Below, one piece after another: positions 50,112 to 64,000 of a stretch of 64,000 nt of DNA (the stretch's first letter is position 1; every line of letters starts with the position of its first letter). The position numbers were made by a program, and so were the translations under genes. The DNA is from Octopus sinensis (lineage: Eukaryota). The notes under the pieces were generated by a model, which ran no database searches, was not told the DNA's origin, and saw nothing but the letters and a program-made list of their open reading frames with translations. The DNA is taken from positions 25,172,001 through 25,236,000 of the forward strand of contig NC_043008.1 in NCBI RefSeq assembly GCF_006345805.1, read 5' to 3'.

Positions 50112-50490
50112 AGGTGTGGATGTGTGGTAAGAAGTTTACTTCCCGACTACATGGTTCTGGATTCAGACCCATTGTGTGGTACTTTGGGCAAGTTTCTTCA
50201 TCAGACTGACCAAATGATTGTGAATGAATTTCGTAAACAGAAACTTAAAGAAGCCCATCATAAGCATGTATGTGTGTGTGTGTGTGTATGTGTGTGCATG
50301 CTTGTCCCACCTTCACCGTTTGACAACCTGTTCTGGTGTGTTTACATCACTGTAACTTAATGGTTCAACAAGAGAGACCAATAAAATAAGCACCTGGCTT
50401 TAAAAAAAGTACTGGGATTGATTCATTCAAATAAAATTCTTCAAGGCAGTACCCCAGCATGGCTACAGTCTTATGACTGAAACAAATAAA
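50112..50490 (+). mobile_element. tRNA/CORE-like SINE with internal (GT)n
   Basis: GTGTGGTAAGAAGTTT..GGTTC.GGATTCAGACCCATTGTGTGGTACTTTGGGCAAGT head; tail CCCCAGCATGGCTACAGTC..TGACTGAAACAA. Confidence 0.7.
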
Positions 50491-51705
50491 ACATAGATCT
50501 GCTTCATATGCTCACAGAGTTTTGGTAAGATTCTAATAGTGTTTCCATTGTCAATCTCAAACACTTCACACTTTAAATTTCCCTTCTCCTAACAAAATCT
50601 CTAGATTATTTTCTTGATAAGGGTATCCACCCTAACATCTCACAGGTAATAATCTATAAAATATAATATCCCACATCTCAGACCTTACCAACTGCCAACT
50701 GATATTGTTATCAATTTGTTTTACTTTCTTGCATCAGAAACTACTTGTATGGTTTTCATGAAGACATATCTGCTAGACATAGGCATAATGCACAGCACTA
50801 GTCACACCTGACTTTTGAGATCTGGTTGAAAGTAAGGTTATTGCATGGGCAAATTATTCAACTACAAATACTAAAAGAAGAGTCTTAGCATCAATAGTAG
50901 AACAGTATAATTAACAATTATTTTGCTATGTTGCAGAATCAAATCTTTCTCTGATTCTTTTATTATCAGTATTGCTGTCTCTAGCAATTCTGTCATTGAA
51001 TACACTTACACCATACAACAAGCAATAACATGCTAATTTATCACTAGACTCTTTTTTGCACCTGTAGTTTCTAAGATTTAAACAGTTTTTTTTGTGAGAG
51101 GTTTTAGCTATCTATAAATGAAAATTAGCTGAGAAAATAGAAAATAGCTGAGATGGTTACATCTTCAATTCAATGAAAAAGCAAGTTATGGGATACAGCT
51201 CAATGATTCCATAATTCTATTAGTCAGAAAGTAATTGAAAAAAAATTTGGAGATATACTTGTATGGCAAGATGAAGGAAAATTACTAATATGAGTTGGAT
51301 ATTACATGCCATGTAAAATGTGATACGACATGGAATCTGTATTGAACTATAAATGTATTAAAGTTGAAGAAATGAGTTGGTCAGCGAGCTGTGAGTTTAG
51401 ATTAACACTTGAACTATTTGTTTCAGGAATCATGAACTATCTGGGTCAAATAGTTTAAAAACTGGATACAAAGATGTAAAATGATACTGTGTTAGTAATT
51501 TGTTTCATCATCAGAAAAGGAAGACTGATCTGAAATAATACATCTATGATTAGGGAGCTTAGCGTCTGGAAGGAAGAGAAATATGCAAGAAAAAACTGAA
51601 TATACGCAAGAAATCTGAAATGACATATCTGTGCAAGTATGAATATTTGTCTGTGTTTTTGGATTTATTTGTATGCAATTCTATGTTTCTGTGTATTTTG
51701 TAACA

Positions 51706-51870
51706 TCATCATCATCACTATTTAATACTTATTTTCCATGTTGGCATGGGTTGGACTGCTTGACAGGATCCAGCAAGCTCCAGTATCAGCTTTGATGTGA
51801 TTTCCATGGCTGGTTTCCCTTCCTAATGCCAACCACCTCACAGTGTGTACTCGGAGCCTTTTCATGCCAC
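51706..51870 (-). repeat. RTE-tail-like short interspersed repeat with (CAT)n end
   Basis: Homologous to 22308-22452 and 54028-54210. Confidence 0.7.
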
Positions 51871-52598
51871 CAACACCAGTGAAGGGATCAAATAACTTGC
51901 AAGACAAAAAGAAAAAAAAACGAAATAAAATGGAAAAAGAAAACCTCAATTAAGAGGAGTATTTTAGAGAAGGAGGTGACTTTATTACAAGTGTTGAGAG
52001 GTTATGTTATGATAGGACAAGCACAGGTGTCTTGCTATTGAGGAGATATAAAATACCCAGCATTAAATAAGAGTGAGAGTAGCTGGGAAGAAGATAAAGA
52101 TGGTTGTGATGTGGTGGCAGAGTGAACTTTCAGAGTAGAGGAAGGTGAGTATAAGAGAGGATACAGACAGTGATTCAGGAGTGAGGAGGTGGAGTAATTT
52201 TATAAGAGTGAGAGAGGAGGTTAAAAGAGTTCAAAAATTGTAATATTAATATGTTTAATGAATTTTACATACAATCACAGAACAAGGTAACTGCTTTTCT
52301 TACATATTAAAAACATTTTGCAGATGATACTTATCATATTAAGACTAAATAATTCCTTTCCTCAAGTGCAATGCTTATCAATTGTTACCTTAAATTGAAT
52401 AAGTGAATTCCAATTGTCACCCACTTTGTTATACTTGAAAAATAAATTACATTAGACACAGTACATATGTAAAATTAGAAATACCATGACAAATAATTAC
52501 ATTGAAATAGAAATCATTAACCATTTCTAGAAATGTATCAAAGGAAATCTTAGCAGTACCAGCAAAAACTGCTCTTGTCAAATTTGAATTTAAAAAAT

Positions 52599-52600
<2 letters not shown>

Positions 52601-52640
<40 letters not shown>

Positions 52641-52719
52641 CGCGTGCGTGCGTGTGTGTGTGTGTGTGTGTGCATGCGTGTGTGCATACGTGCGTGCGTG
52701 CATGCGTGCATGTGTGTGT
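52601..52719. repeat. (GT)n/(GCGT)n compound microsatellite
   Basis: Direct reading. Confidence 0.95.
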
Positions 52720-54027
52720 AAACATTTTAAGAAAGAATTTTCCGGTACGGAAAGCCTAAACATATTGCTTTTTCCAAATATGAAAATCTGCTAGAATAAG
52801 ATTAGTATGACTTTAAATTATTACTTCTCTATTCAAGTATTCTGATCTTTCCATGAATCAATTCTAATGACTGACTGTGTAATATAAAAATTATACATAC
52901 ATATATATATATATTTTCAATTGCTCGTTATATTGTATTACTTTCAACACTTAAATGCATAATTATTTCAATGTACTGTGAGACATTTTTTACCTTCTAG
53001 GATCTAAAAGACTCCAGTATATTTTCTATGACAAAAAGATGTTATTTTCAGTTGCCTACATCAGTGGTTCACAACCAGGATCCATATGACTCTCAGGTGG
53101 GTTGGGGATCAAATATGATTTTGCTGTTAAAATTTATGTGCAATAAATTGCGTATAATTCTACAATACACAAAATATTTCAACAATATTTTAAATAGAAT
53201 TCCTAATAATATTTAATTATAAAAATATAATAGTATGTTTTGAATGAACATGAGGGCCCAGTTGAGTAAAATAAGGACTGAAAGGAGTCCATAGGTCTAT
53301 ATGGTAACCTGCTGTTTATTAATTTCCAATCTGATTGGTTTTGTTCACTGAGCTTTGATAGGTGTGATATCTCGCAAATCAAATATAGTTATACATCATT
53401 AGTCATGCTCACTCCTTACCCACCATTCACCTCAATATACGTTCTTCATTCATTATATTCGCCTCTTCACACATGCACAGTCTCTCTTTCTCCCTTACAT
53501 TCTTGCAACCTCTACTCCTGATTCTTCTGTCCCCATTCACTTCAATTCACTTCCTACCTTAAGCTACCCACACACTTCATTATCACCATTTATATCTCTT
53601 ACCCATACCCACACCAATCACCCTCTTTTGTAAAGTGTAAGTAACCATGTAGCTCTTTTACAACAACAAATATTTGTTTTCTGGACCGTTCTTTCATACT
53701 TTAACCCATCGTCTCTTATAATAAAGCTACTTCTCTTATGGTTTGTAGTATTGTAAGCTGTATGGTGGCACACTAGTTCTAGTGGCAGAAAAAGCACTGA
53801 GTATATTATGTACAGTGGTCGACATTAGAAAACACATCTGGTGATTGAAGCTATATCAAATTAGAAAGCAAAGCTCAATGCAGTCCTTAGACCTGTCAAA
53901 GCATCCAACCCATGTCAGCATGGAAGACTAATCAAAAGATAATGATTACACACACACACACTTTTATTGGTTTCAGATGATGGACTGCAGCAATGCTAGA
54001 GCACTGCCATAGAAATATGTTTATATA

Positions 54028-54210
54028 TCATCATCATCATTATCATTTAATGTCCATTGTCCATGCTGGCATGGGTTGAATGGTTTTACTCAATCTGGCA
54101 AGCTGGAGAGCTGCACCAAACTCCAGTCTGATTTGGCACAATTTCTATGGCTGGATGCCCTTCCTAATGCCAAACGCTTTACAGAACGTGCAGAGTGCTT
54201 TCACATGGCA
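54028..54210 (-). repeat. RTE-tail-like short interspersed repeat with (CAT)n end
   Basis: CATCATCATT..CCATGCTGGCATGGGTTG..GGCTGGATGCCCTTCCTAATGCCAA. Confidence 0.7.
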
Positions 54211-54534
54211 CCAGCACATATGGTTTTTACATGGCACTGGCAGGAGTGCTCTTTACATGGCACCAACACAGGACTCTTGTAAGCTTCTTCACCAGAGGTA
54301 GTGGCCTTAACACTTCTGCTGAGGAGTATGAGTATCACTGACCATTGAGAACATTGTGTACTCAGACAAATTTATACTTTACACTTGTGGCTCTACTGGT
54401 GACTAATGAGCCACACATATAAATATATGTAATCTAGTGAGTGACAAGTTTAAAGAAGCAACGTTCAGCCACTTAGAATGAAAAACTCAAAGGTAAGTCT
54501 GAGAGTGACTATTTCATATATGTATATTTATATA

Positions 54535-54635
54535 CATGTGTATATGTGTAAATGTGTGTGTGTATGTGTGTGTGCATGTGTGTGTGTATGTGTGTGTGCA
54601 TGTGTGTGTGTATGTGTGTGTGCATGTGTGTGCAT
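54535..54635. repeat. (GT)-rich minisatellite with ~12-bp units ATGTGTGTGTG(C/T)
   Basis: Direct reading. Confidence 0.9.
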
Positions 54636-56019
54636 TTATATATGGAATGAGACAGAGACTGAGGAGGAAGTAATGCATACAGATACTCATACATACAAAC
54701 ATTTGCATACACATGTATACTTTTCACTAGTCCATTTCATCAAAGTATATAAGCATTGTTGAGGAAATAGAAAACGATGACTTTTATTTTCCCTCTTTTT
54801 GTCAGAAATTCTGTGAACCATTGGAAACTTTCACCAACAATGGAATTGTTCTCAAATTGTGATATAATGTTTAAGAAAAATAACATGAAATGTAAATGTA
54901 AACCTCTTATATTTCATGTACCTCTTTGATTCGTATTTGATCTACCGTGTATTTTCAGGCAATTTTTGGAATACAGAATGTTAACTCTGAAAATTGTTTA
55001 GAATATAATATGATTACTCTAGAGTTAATTTAGATAAATTTTCATTCTAAGCCATGTTAATTTACAATTACCGTACTTGTATATTATTATTATTTCATTT
55101 TGAATACAAGTATAGAAGCTTGCTTGGGGGGAAGTAACTTTATGGACATATATATATATGCATTGTATATAGCAAACCACCTGTTTGCTAAAATTTATAG
55201 AGAATTATGGAAATCACAAATCGTAGATTTTAGTATTATTGCTTATGAAATTGCCAAATATATGACATTAAAATGTCAAAAAAATAAAATAGTATCTCAT
55301 AATATTCATGGAATTACAATTCTATATAATATCCAACTCCAAGGAATTTCTTGTAAGCAGACTTGATTGTCCACAATATGTAAACTTGATTCATCTTGAT
55401 ACTGAACATTTTAAAGTTTCTTTTACCCCTGCCTACAAAAGCTCAACCAAGCTTATAATGTCTAGAATTTTATCACTTTAGTTTGTACTTTAGTTGTGCC
55501 TATTTTATAATTAACCAGTAGTGGCTGTCATTATAATTGTATATGAGATTATAAACTGTTGGAAACTAGCAACTTATGTAAGACTATATCACATTCTTTT
55601 TCCAAAACTAACTCATAGATGATCTAATAATTTGAATTGGCTGTTTAATACAAGAAGCCTTCTCATAACTATGACTTTGGATGTGGCCTACTTCAAAAAG
55701 TCCACACAAGAAAAGAAGATATATAAGCAATGGTTATGTTTGAAAAATATTTCAAATAATTCAATTAGGTAGATTCTGTTCTTGAATTTCAAACTGTGAA
55801 CTGATATTTGTTTACATCTTGTAAAAATGCCATACTTGAAAGTAATTATCAATGTCAGTGTTTGTTATCATTAGCCATCTTTACGTAAACATTAGTATTA
55901 TAGTTACTTTTTTCTGACACAATTTTTTCTCTCTTGAGTTGCTTTTTATATCATTTCACTCTAGAACTGATTATTACCTGAAGACTTACCAGGCTATGTT
56001 TTCCTGTGGTCGGTCTGTC

Positions 56020-56095
56020 GTTCATTCATTCATTCATTCATTCATTCATACATACATATGTATGTATGTACACACACACACACACACACACACAC

Positions 56096-56138
<43 letters not shown>
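56020..56138. repeat. compound microsatellite (TTCA)n(CA)n(TA)n
   Basis: Direct reading. Confidence 0.9.
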
Positions 56139-59100
56139 GTCATAAACAACAGAGAAATAGTTTGATGAAATTTTATATAACAATAAAATGTAGCTTAAAT
56201 TCTGCGTTATTTTGAAAGATTTTTTTCATTTTGCATTAATGCAGAATGTAAGTAATTCATTTATTATTAAATACAATAATATAAATTATTTACATGTTTT
56301 TAAGTTACGAAACAATTTGTTGTGGTTGTAGAATTTTCTTATTGTTAAATAGAATTTCTTCAAACTATTTCTGTGTCATTTATGATTTTATACACTCATT
56401 GTTTTCTCTTGTATCATACTATATATTTTATATGGTTTGTAGAATGATGCATGAAGGTTCTTTTTTCATGAGTACTATTGAATTACTTGAATCCATATAT
56501 TGTAACTTATATTTACATATATGTATATGTTTGTGTGTTTGTGTGTGTATTAATATGTATAATGTCATAATGATATATATATACATATATGCAGGTAGTC
56601 TAATTAATTCTAGATAGTGTAGGTTTAAAACTGTGAGAATCAATCATTAAATATAGTATTTGCATAATGTCTGTAAATTATTTTGTTGAGTCTAATTAGA
56701 TACTCAATCTAGTTCCTGTCAACCTCATAAAAGAACAATTTCTACACATCAAGAAACAATACTGCAAAGCCCTTAAAACATAAATAACATATAACTAGAA
56801 CCATTAGGGCTGATAGACATCAGAGTCACCAAGGATCTACTCACAGAAGTGATCATCTACAACATAGCCAAAATAGTATTTCAATGATTGGCCTTCCTCT
56901 TCAGTACTAAAAGAACTTATAGTCCTTCAACAACTACAAACCTTTTTCTCTACAAAGTTCAAGTGAAACCTATAATGGAGTACTATTCCCATACATAGAA
57001 GGTGGTGATTCTAGACATACAGACCCTCTTAAAAATGGGCTACTAAACAAATGTGTTACCTCTTCATTCTACTTTTTCTACCACTACAACAGTAAATTCT
57101 GGTTGCTTTTTTGGAGCTGGCAGATCTTGGGCTACTTCCACTGGACACTCCAAACTCATTCAATTTCTGTTTCCACTCTATGTCCTCATCCATACTTTGT
57201 CCTGTCATACCTTGCACAACCCTTTATCATAGTCTTTCCTTTTGAACATGTTATTCATCTAGAATCTTCTCCTTGAACAAATTTCCTGTATTATTTCTAG
57301 TTAAAGAGTAACATTAATGGCATTAATTTTACCTAACTAATGAACAAAATTCCATAGTTAGTTGGGCAAGAAGAGATCTTGCCAAAAGGAAACACAATGC
57401 CTGTACTTGGTTATGAACTCCAAAACTACAAGCCAAATACTTCAGTAATTCATCCATGCCATATAACTGGAGAAACTAAGCCTTAATTTATTAATATTAA
57501 GTAACTTCTAAAAGTGTTTCTAGAGATTGTGAAATCTGCCATTTTCTTCAGATCAGCAAATCAAAGAATAGAATCTGCTATCATTACTAATTATAATCCT
57601 TGACAAACTGTTCATTTCATTTTAGCACAAATGACTGTGCAAAGAGATAAAATTAGTGTGTGCTTAAGGCAATTAAAATATCAACTTGTCACATTAGCCT
57701 TTATCAAATTTTAAGCAAGAATAAATTTCAAACCAAATTTTTATTTTAAGATTGCTTTTGCAATAAATATTCAGTAAAGAATGATTGCAAACTATAATAA
57801 TTGCTCTGTACTGAGATACATTTAAATAATGTATTTTTGTAAAACTGTCTTTCCATTAACTTTCTCGATATAAACATATATGTCTTGCACATAGAAAGAG
57901 ACAGGTTTCCTATTATCAAGAAAATGTATGTCTATGTGTGTGTTTGTTTGTCCATCTGTCCATCATTTGTCTGTACCCAGCTAATAGGAATTAAATATTT
58001 TGCTGCAGAATTTGCTCTTTAAATTTGGGCATTTTGAAAAAAATATAGGCTGATTAATTTAAATAATATCTCAATAAATGATTAAATAAAAGTAAATAAA
58101 ACACTACTTTTCTGTTTTTGTCTCTAATTCACTATGTTAAATATTCTTTCTAATTTTCTAAGACTACCAATACTTCTTGCAATTAAGTAGCTTGAAAAAT
58201 GACATAACTACATTGTGTGTTTTCCATAATAGCTGCATTGTAAATGACAGAGAACATATTTTCATTTGAAAGATCTTAAAAATTGTTATGACAAAATATA
58301 TCATTAATTGTTAAACAAACTCAAGTATAAAATAATTCAGAAGATAATCCAAGGAATCTAGCTGGAAGAATTTACTTATCTTCTATCCATGTGTGTAAAA
58401 TTTATTATGGGATAATTAGATAGATATATGAATTCTAAGAATGTAAAAATGTTATAAAATAAGTTTACATTATAAGTAATCAATCAGTTAGCATGCTTTG
58501 TGAAATCCAAAATTTGATATGTCACTTCCTGATTTGAAATCCAGCTGAGATAAACTATTCCTATAGCTTTTCTTAGTTTTATAAATTCAGTATTGGTAAG
58601 CTACAAAGTATTTATTCAAGGAGTTAAAGTTTTGCCTTTTTCAAGAGAATATTGTACCAAGAGGAAAGAAATAATTATTGACACATAGGAAATAATCTTA
58701 TTTCTTGCTTCTTGCATTCAAAATTTAAAATGTGTCTCATAGACTAACACTTATTATAAATAAGGAAAAGTCAAGCAGGATTTTTTTTCAGTTATTAGTA
58801 GGATGGAAGAAGTGCAAAGAAACCATTGCTCTATATCTCAACAATTTATTCTTTCCATTATATGGTATGAAAACTAATTATTGAACAGGATTGTATGATG
58901 GATCACATCACCAAAAGATGTTGTCCCAACCAATGTTAGGCTACTGGCAAGGAAGCTGTTCTTTCAGAGCACAGTAGAGTGGTCAGTACATACTTCAATC
59001 ACAATAATCCCTTTAAGAACAGGAACTTCAGAAAGCAACAGATATTTTAAAAGTGACCATTGCGGTTGTAGTGGTCTTATATACACCTTGGACAGAGAAA

Positions 59101-59458
59101 TGCCACTGTTTTTGATGTTTCCTTATTATGGAGTGAAAACAGTAGATATAGAATATGTGGGAGCAGTCAAGGTTCTCTGACTACCAATACGGTTATGTGT
59201 TCTGTTACTGCTGCACTTTAAGAAACTGCTTTCTGTGTCTAATAGATGGTTCTACTTTGGCATGTGTTAGCTTCCACCATGTAGACACACACACACACAT
59301 CAGGTTGTCAAATAAAATTTTGTATTTCTTTGTAATGTTATTTGAATTAAGAAGAAAAATATTTTGATTGTTTTATGGCTGTTGGTAGCTCTATTTTTCC
59401 CTCGACAATCTTATATTCTTTTTGAAATTTCAATAAATTTTATCTCTTTCCAGACATA

Positions 59459-60752
59459 TGAGGGTGGGCTGAAAAGTTCATAGGTTGACTATGAAGGAGT
59501 GATGCTAGAGCTATGAAATGTTGAATGCATAATTACAACTCTTCTAATTAATAACTGCATCATTTTTTGAACTGTAGTTCAAAGAAGACTAGAAGAAACT
59601 AGTTGTGACTTCTCTTGAAAATGAACAAAATTGAACATCGTGGTGTAATCAAGTACCTTCAAGAAAATAGTTTAGCCCCCTAGGAAATTCATTCTGACAT
59701 GGTTGCTACATTAGGGGATGACTCTTTAGTTTTATCAACAGTGGACCACTGAATGTAGGAGGGTCAGGGAGAGACTTGAAGACGACCCAATGTCTGGACA
59801 TCCTGCAACTGCCACCAGCAAAGAAAATATTGATAGTGTTCACAATATGGTGATAGATGACAGGTTATTGATTATAAATCAAATAGCCAATGCTATTAAC
59901 ATATATCATGAGAGAGTTGAGAATATTCTGCACAATAAACCTGGCATAATGTGGGTTTCTACACTGTGGGTACCACATCTTCTGACACCTGATCAAAAGT
60001 ACATGAGACTGATCATATTACAGGAAAATCTGATATTGTTTGAGGTAGATCCAATTAGTTTCCTTGAGTGTCTACTAACCCAGGTTGTGTACTGGGTTCA
60101 TCCTTTTCAGACAGAGACAAAAAGAAAATCTCTGCAGCAGAAATACCCTTAATCACCTGCTCCCAAAGAGGTGATGGTCATTTCACCTGCAGGGAAGGCA
60201 ATAGCTTCAGTGTTTTGGGATGCAAAAGGCATTGTATTTATTGACTATCTTCAATAATCAATAAATACAATGTGTGGCCCATTGATGGGCCACACCATCA
60301 ATGGAGAGTACTAGGTCGACTTAATGAGGCATTTACAAAAGGCTATCAAGATCAAATGCCCTGGAAAACTGATGACAGAGATCTTGCTTCATGAGGACAA
60401 TGCTCCAGTACACAAGTCCTTGATTTCCATGGCTGTTGTGTGTAACTGGCTTTGAACTGGTTGGTGACTCACCCTTTTCTCTTGATTTGGCCCTATCTGT
60501 CTATCTTCTGTTCCTCAACATGAAAAAAGTACTTGGCTGGCAACCAGTTTTGCAGTGCTGGTGACATGTCTACTGTTGATGACTTTTTTGACCAACAAGA
60601 TGAAACCTTCTCCAGCAATGAGATTTAAGCACTGCAACATTGGTGGAAGAATATGTGGACTGCAAATGGGACTATGTTGAAAAATAAACCTCTTTTGGTC
60701 ACATTCCATGAGAGTGTCTTGATCAGCCTATGAACTTTAAAGCTGAGCCTTG
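59459..60752 (+). mobile_element. full-length but decayed mariner transposon
   Basis: TIRs TGAGGGTGGGCTGAAAAGTTCATAGGTTGA and TCAGCCTATGAACTTTAAAGCTGAGCCTTG, flanked by TA. Motifs WVPHLLT, VFWDAKG, HEDNAPVH, DLALS; many stops. Confidence 0.9.
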
Positions 60753-60999
60753 TATATGCATGTGTGTGTGTGTATCAACAATAATAATAATTAGGATTAT
60801 TACGAAGTTGCATAGCATTACTTTTAATTCTAATTATATATATACAGCTTTACATAGACCTACACATGTTTCAACTGCACTGATTAATAACCATTACAAT
60901 TGCAACCCTACTATAAAGATACTGATGCAGTCTCTTCAGGGGCTTTACTTAATATCACTTGATCTCACAAAAATGTTGTTCGTGGAGCAAACCATACTC

Positions 61000-61840
61000 T
61001 CCTCAACAAGCCATATTAGACTTCTGTTTTACTAACATGGAACATATCCACAATGTGAAGATACTACGTCACAATTTTCTTGAACTTGTACATCATAGAA
61101 CTGATTATGTGTGGTTTTGAAACAGCAGCTCAACTATTTGAATGTGGATGTGATGTATCTCAGCTGCCAAGGTCTTTGACAAAGTTGATCATGGGATGAT
61201 ATGTCACAAACTATGTGACCTTGATATCACTGGAAAACTGGAAGTGTCACTGCATGACTTTTTAAAGGGCAAAACATAGTTGCAGCTACTGATGCTCTCT
61301 CTGGGTAGACATCAATTTACAGTGGAGCCCCTCAAAGAACTAATTTGGGACAACTATTGTATGCCCTCTGTCATCAGCCATTGTATGTCAGCCACTCTCA
61401 TCAGCTATGCTTAAGATACACAAGTATCACAAGCAGTCAAGGACACTGATGGTAAAACTATCTGCATGCAATATACAAATGGACTGATGAAAATAACATG
61501 CAGTTCAACACTGGGAAGTTTCAAGCACTCCACTATTGGCCCACAACAGACTACAATCAGAAAGCACAGCAGTAGGTAGTGGGGCAGTTCCACATTCAGA
61601 ATCGGTGCCTGACCTGAGAATACACATGAGTAATAATGCAACATATTATGTACATATTACTAAAATGGCAACACTGTGTAGGTGAGAAGCTGAATGGATT
61701 CTGTGATCATTCAGAACCATGCTACTCCTATGGAGAACGTTTGTTCTAAGTCATCTGTGGTCAACACAGAGTGACAAAAAGGTTGTAGAACTTGAGGCAA
61801 TCCAGTGCCACAATACAAAGAAGATTAACTTAGTGAGACA
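61000..61840 (+). mobile_element. degenerate CR1-group LINE RT fragment
   Basis: AKVFDKVDHG, SGAPQ, SYA*DT (degenerate YADDT) and WTDENNMQFN in broken frames. Confidence 0.8.
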
Positions 61841-62019
61841 GAGGAGCAACTTGTCTATTACACTTGTCTATTATCTTTCTTATGTCCACTTTATTATTCA
61901 CAACCTACCCCTTCTGTTTGATACCCTAGCCCCTTTAACTGTGACTTCTTTTTCTCCTGTCTGCACAGAAAACAACATACATCGATATGTGTATCTCTGC
62001 ATCATTTATGTCTGCAAAC

Positions 62020-62135
62020 AGATGTCTATAAGTGCAATGCATATTGCTTGATTATATGAAGAAAGATGCTTCAGGTAAGCAATTTTGCATTTACTGTTGC
62101 TTTGTAGGAGGCCTCTGATATTTATCAGAAGAATT
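62020..62135 (-). mobile_element. N-terminal fragment of a LINE apurinic endonuclease
   Basis: LLINIRGL...KIAYL...ICIAL resembles the NIRGL..K...IALTE start of LINE endonucleases. Confidence 0.5.
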
Positions 62136-63724
62136 GGTGTGATTGCTGGCTTTGCAGCAATGTTGACCACCCTGGGTCCTATCATTTGTGGATGTCTTGT
62201 GTGTGGGTGTGCATGGCTTAGTTTTACTTGCAACCATGTCAGTTGCTGCACTGTTTTTGTTCTACATTCAAAACCTTTGCTGTCCTATGGTTGTATAATA
62301 TACATACTTACATATACATGCATACACATATACACACACATATGCACACACACACACACACATCAGAAAGAAAGAATGAACATGCACAAGTCTCATTACT
62401 TTATTGCCCAGACCCTAAACATTTGAAATCTTTTTGTCATAAAAAATTATCTGAAACCTAAAGAATTTACATACCAAAGACATTTTACTTGCTTTCCATT
62501 TCAATAAAAGAAAAATTGCCTAAGTAACAAAGCCTAGTGAATCATTAGAAGGAACACATTTATGCACACATTTTGTAGCTGATGTAATTAACATAGTGTT
62601 TATGCTAAAAGAAATGAAAAACAGTTAGAAAAGAAAGTGACATCAATCTATGATCAACTCTGTATTTCTAAGTTTCTATTAAGTTTTTGTCATCAGCATA
62701 TCATTTCATTCCAAATTAAATATTAGTATTTTATTATTACATGTTTTACAGCACTGATTGATCAAATCTTTAGTATCTTTTATTAGCCCACAGCAGAAAT
62801 TCTGTACCAAGTGACTTGTGTTGTTTTATAGATACTTAATCCTAACAGTAAAGAGAAATCTTATCAAGATTTCATTCAGCAATCCTGATAAAAACAATAT
62901 TGCTTCCAGTCTCTGGGGTTAGATATTTGCTTCCTCCAACCACCCTACTCTGTACTTCTAATCAATGTAGATCTGTCAGTAACGCTTTTGACATGCAAAT
63001 CACTGCAAATAGATTCAATCTCAGTGGTCTGATACAATTTGTCTGATTCTGTCAAAGCTAAAAGAACTGAGATAACTTTGGCATTGAATCTCAAATGGAC
63101 ATTAACTATGACATGTCTAAAGGGTATAGTTATAAGAATTCTCATGTTGGACTTCATGTAATATAGTTATTTTGTTTTAATTCTAAATAGTTTAGTGGTG
63201 ACAGTGTTGTTACTCATTGTTTATGGTATTCATATAAAAATCTAGTCATTTTGATTTTGATGGTTCATATCATATGAATATTTCCCAAAAACTTTAACAA
63301 AATAAGTCAAACAGAAATTTTGAAAAGTTTGAGGTAAAAATCTATAAAATATAAAAAAGACATTTCTTTTCAACTATGCAGAATAATCATCATGACATTT
63401 TTATTAATTTAAAATTGATATTGTCTAAAAATATAGATGTAGCAAAAATAAACCATGAAGATATAACTTAATACAATTCCCCTTGATTTTCTGGAATGTA
63501 ACTATACCAAGAACAGTAAATGGCACATTGAGACACTCAAAAAGCACAGACAAGCCATAAGAAGAAAGAGACCAAAAAAGAATCTAAAAATGGTCCATAT
63601 TCACCCTGACAATGTATAACCACATGCATATTTAGAAACATTATCAGGCAGTCAACAAACCACACTGTTCTCTGGTACTCCAGCCTGGATCTGGTACCCA
63701 ATAACTTCAACCTGTTTGATCAAA

Positions 63725-63829
63725 TAAGTAAGGCATGTGTAAAATTTGAATGAAATTGGTTGTGTAGTTCTCAAGTTTTAGGGAAACAGACAGACAGACA
63801 CACATTCTCAGTTTTATATATATAGAGAT
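63725..63829 (+). repeat. end of a non-autonomous Helitron/Helentron-like repeat, copy 2
   Basis: Near-identical to 3361-3463. Confidence 0.55.
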
Positions 63830-64000
63830 ATATATATACACACATACTGGTGCAAACATGCTATCTTTGAGATAGTGTATTTTACATTGTATTATATATA
63901 CCCCTCGTTGTCATAACCGATGGGGTGCCACAAGTATATATATACCTAAGTATACATATAGAATGCAGTAATTAATAATGGAGCAGAAAAGTCTTTGTAT

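Noticed and set aside
52447-56215. Several ORFs rich in CV, HT or YI repeats (also 41196-41490 and 44452-44725)
   Set aside because: They are dinucleotide microsatellite artefacts.
62945-63157. 70-aa minus-strand ORF with protein-like composition
   Set aside because: No recognisable motif and no clear splice signals; stops follow in frame.

Overview
AT-rich, repeat-dense animal genomic DNA. The SINE and microsatellite landscape suggests a cephalopod, probably Octopus; this is inference. No host protein-coding gene could be confidently identified, so the window looks intronic or intergenic. It is a mosaic of transposable elements: a pogo/Tigger transposase remnant, three mariner copies (one full-length with TIRs and TA TSD), a 5'-truncated R4/Dong RT-RLE retrotransposon inside an (AAT)n tract, a near-complete ~8 kb Penelope-like (Naiad-type) element, a second Penelope fragment, and RTE, CR1, Gypsy, hAT and Helitron relics plus tRNA-derived SINEs. 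The most notable signal is RNA-level. Three unrelated families of type I hammerhead ribozyme (HHR) motifs can be read from the sequence: (i) three intact identical copies in the Penelope pseudo-LTRs; (ii) an HHR in the tail of a tRNA-headed SINE-like element that sits as a head-to-head inverted dimer and has trapped both the mariner and the Dong element; (iii) a decayed HHR with a palindromic helix III. The Penelope element also has a ~4.4 kb 3' region containing a dense hairpin cluster. All pairings were checked by eye; no folding or database search was run.
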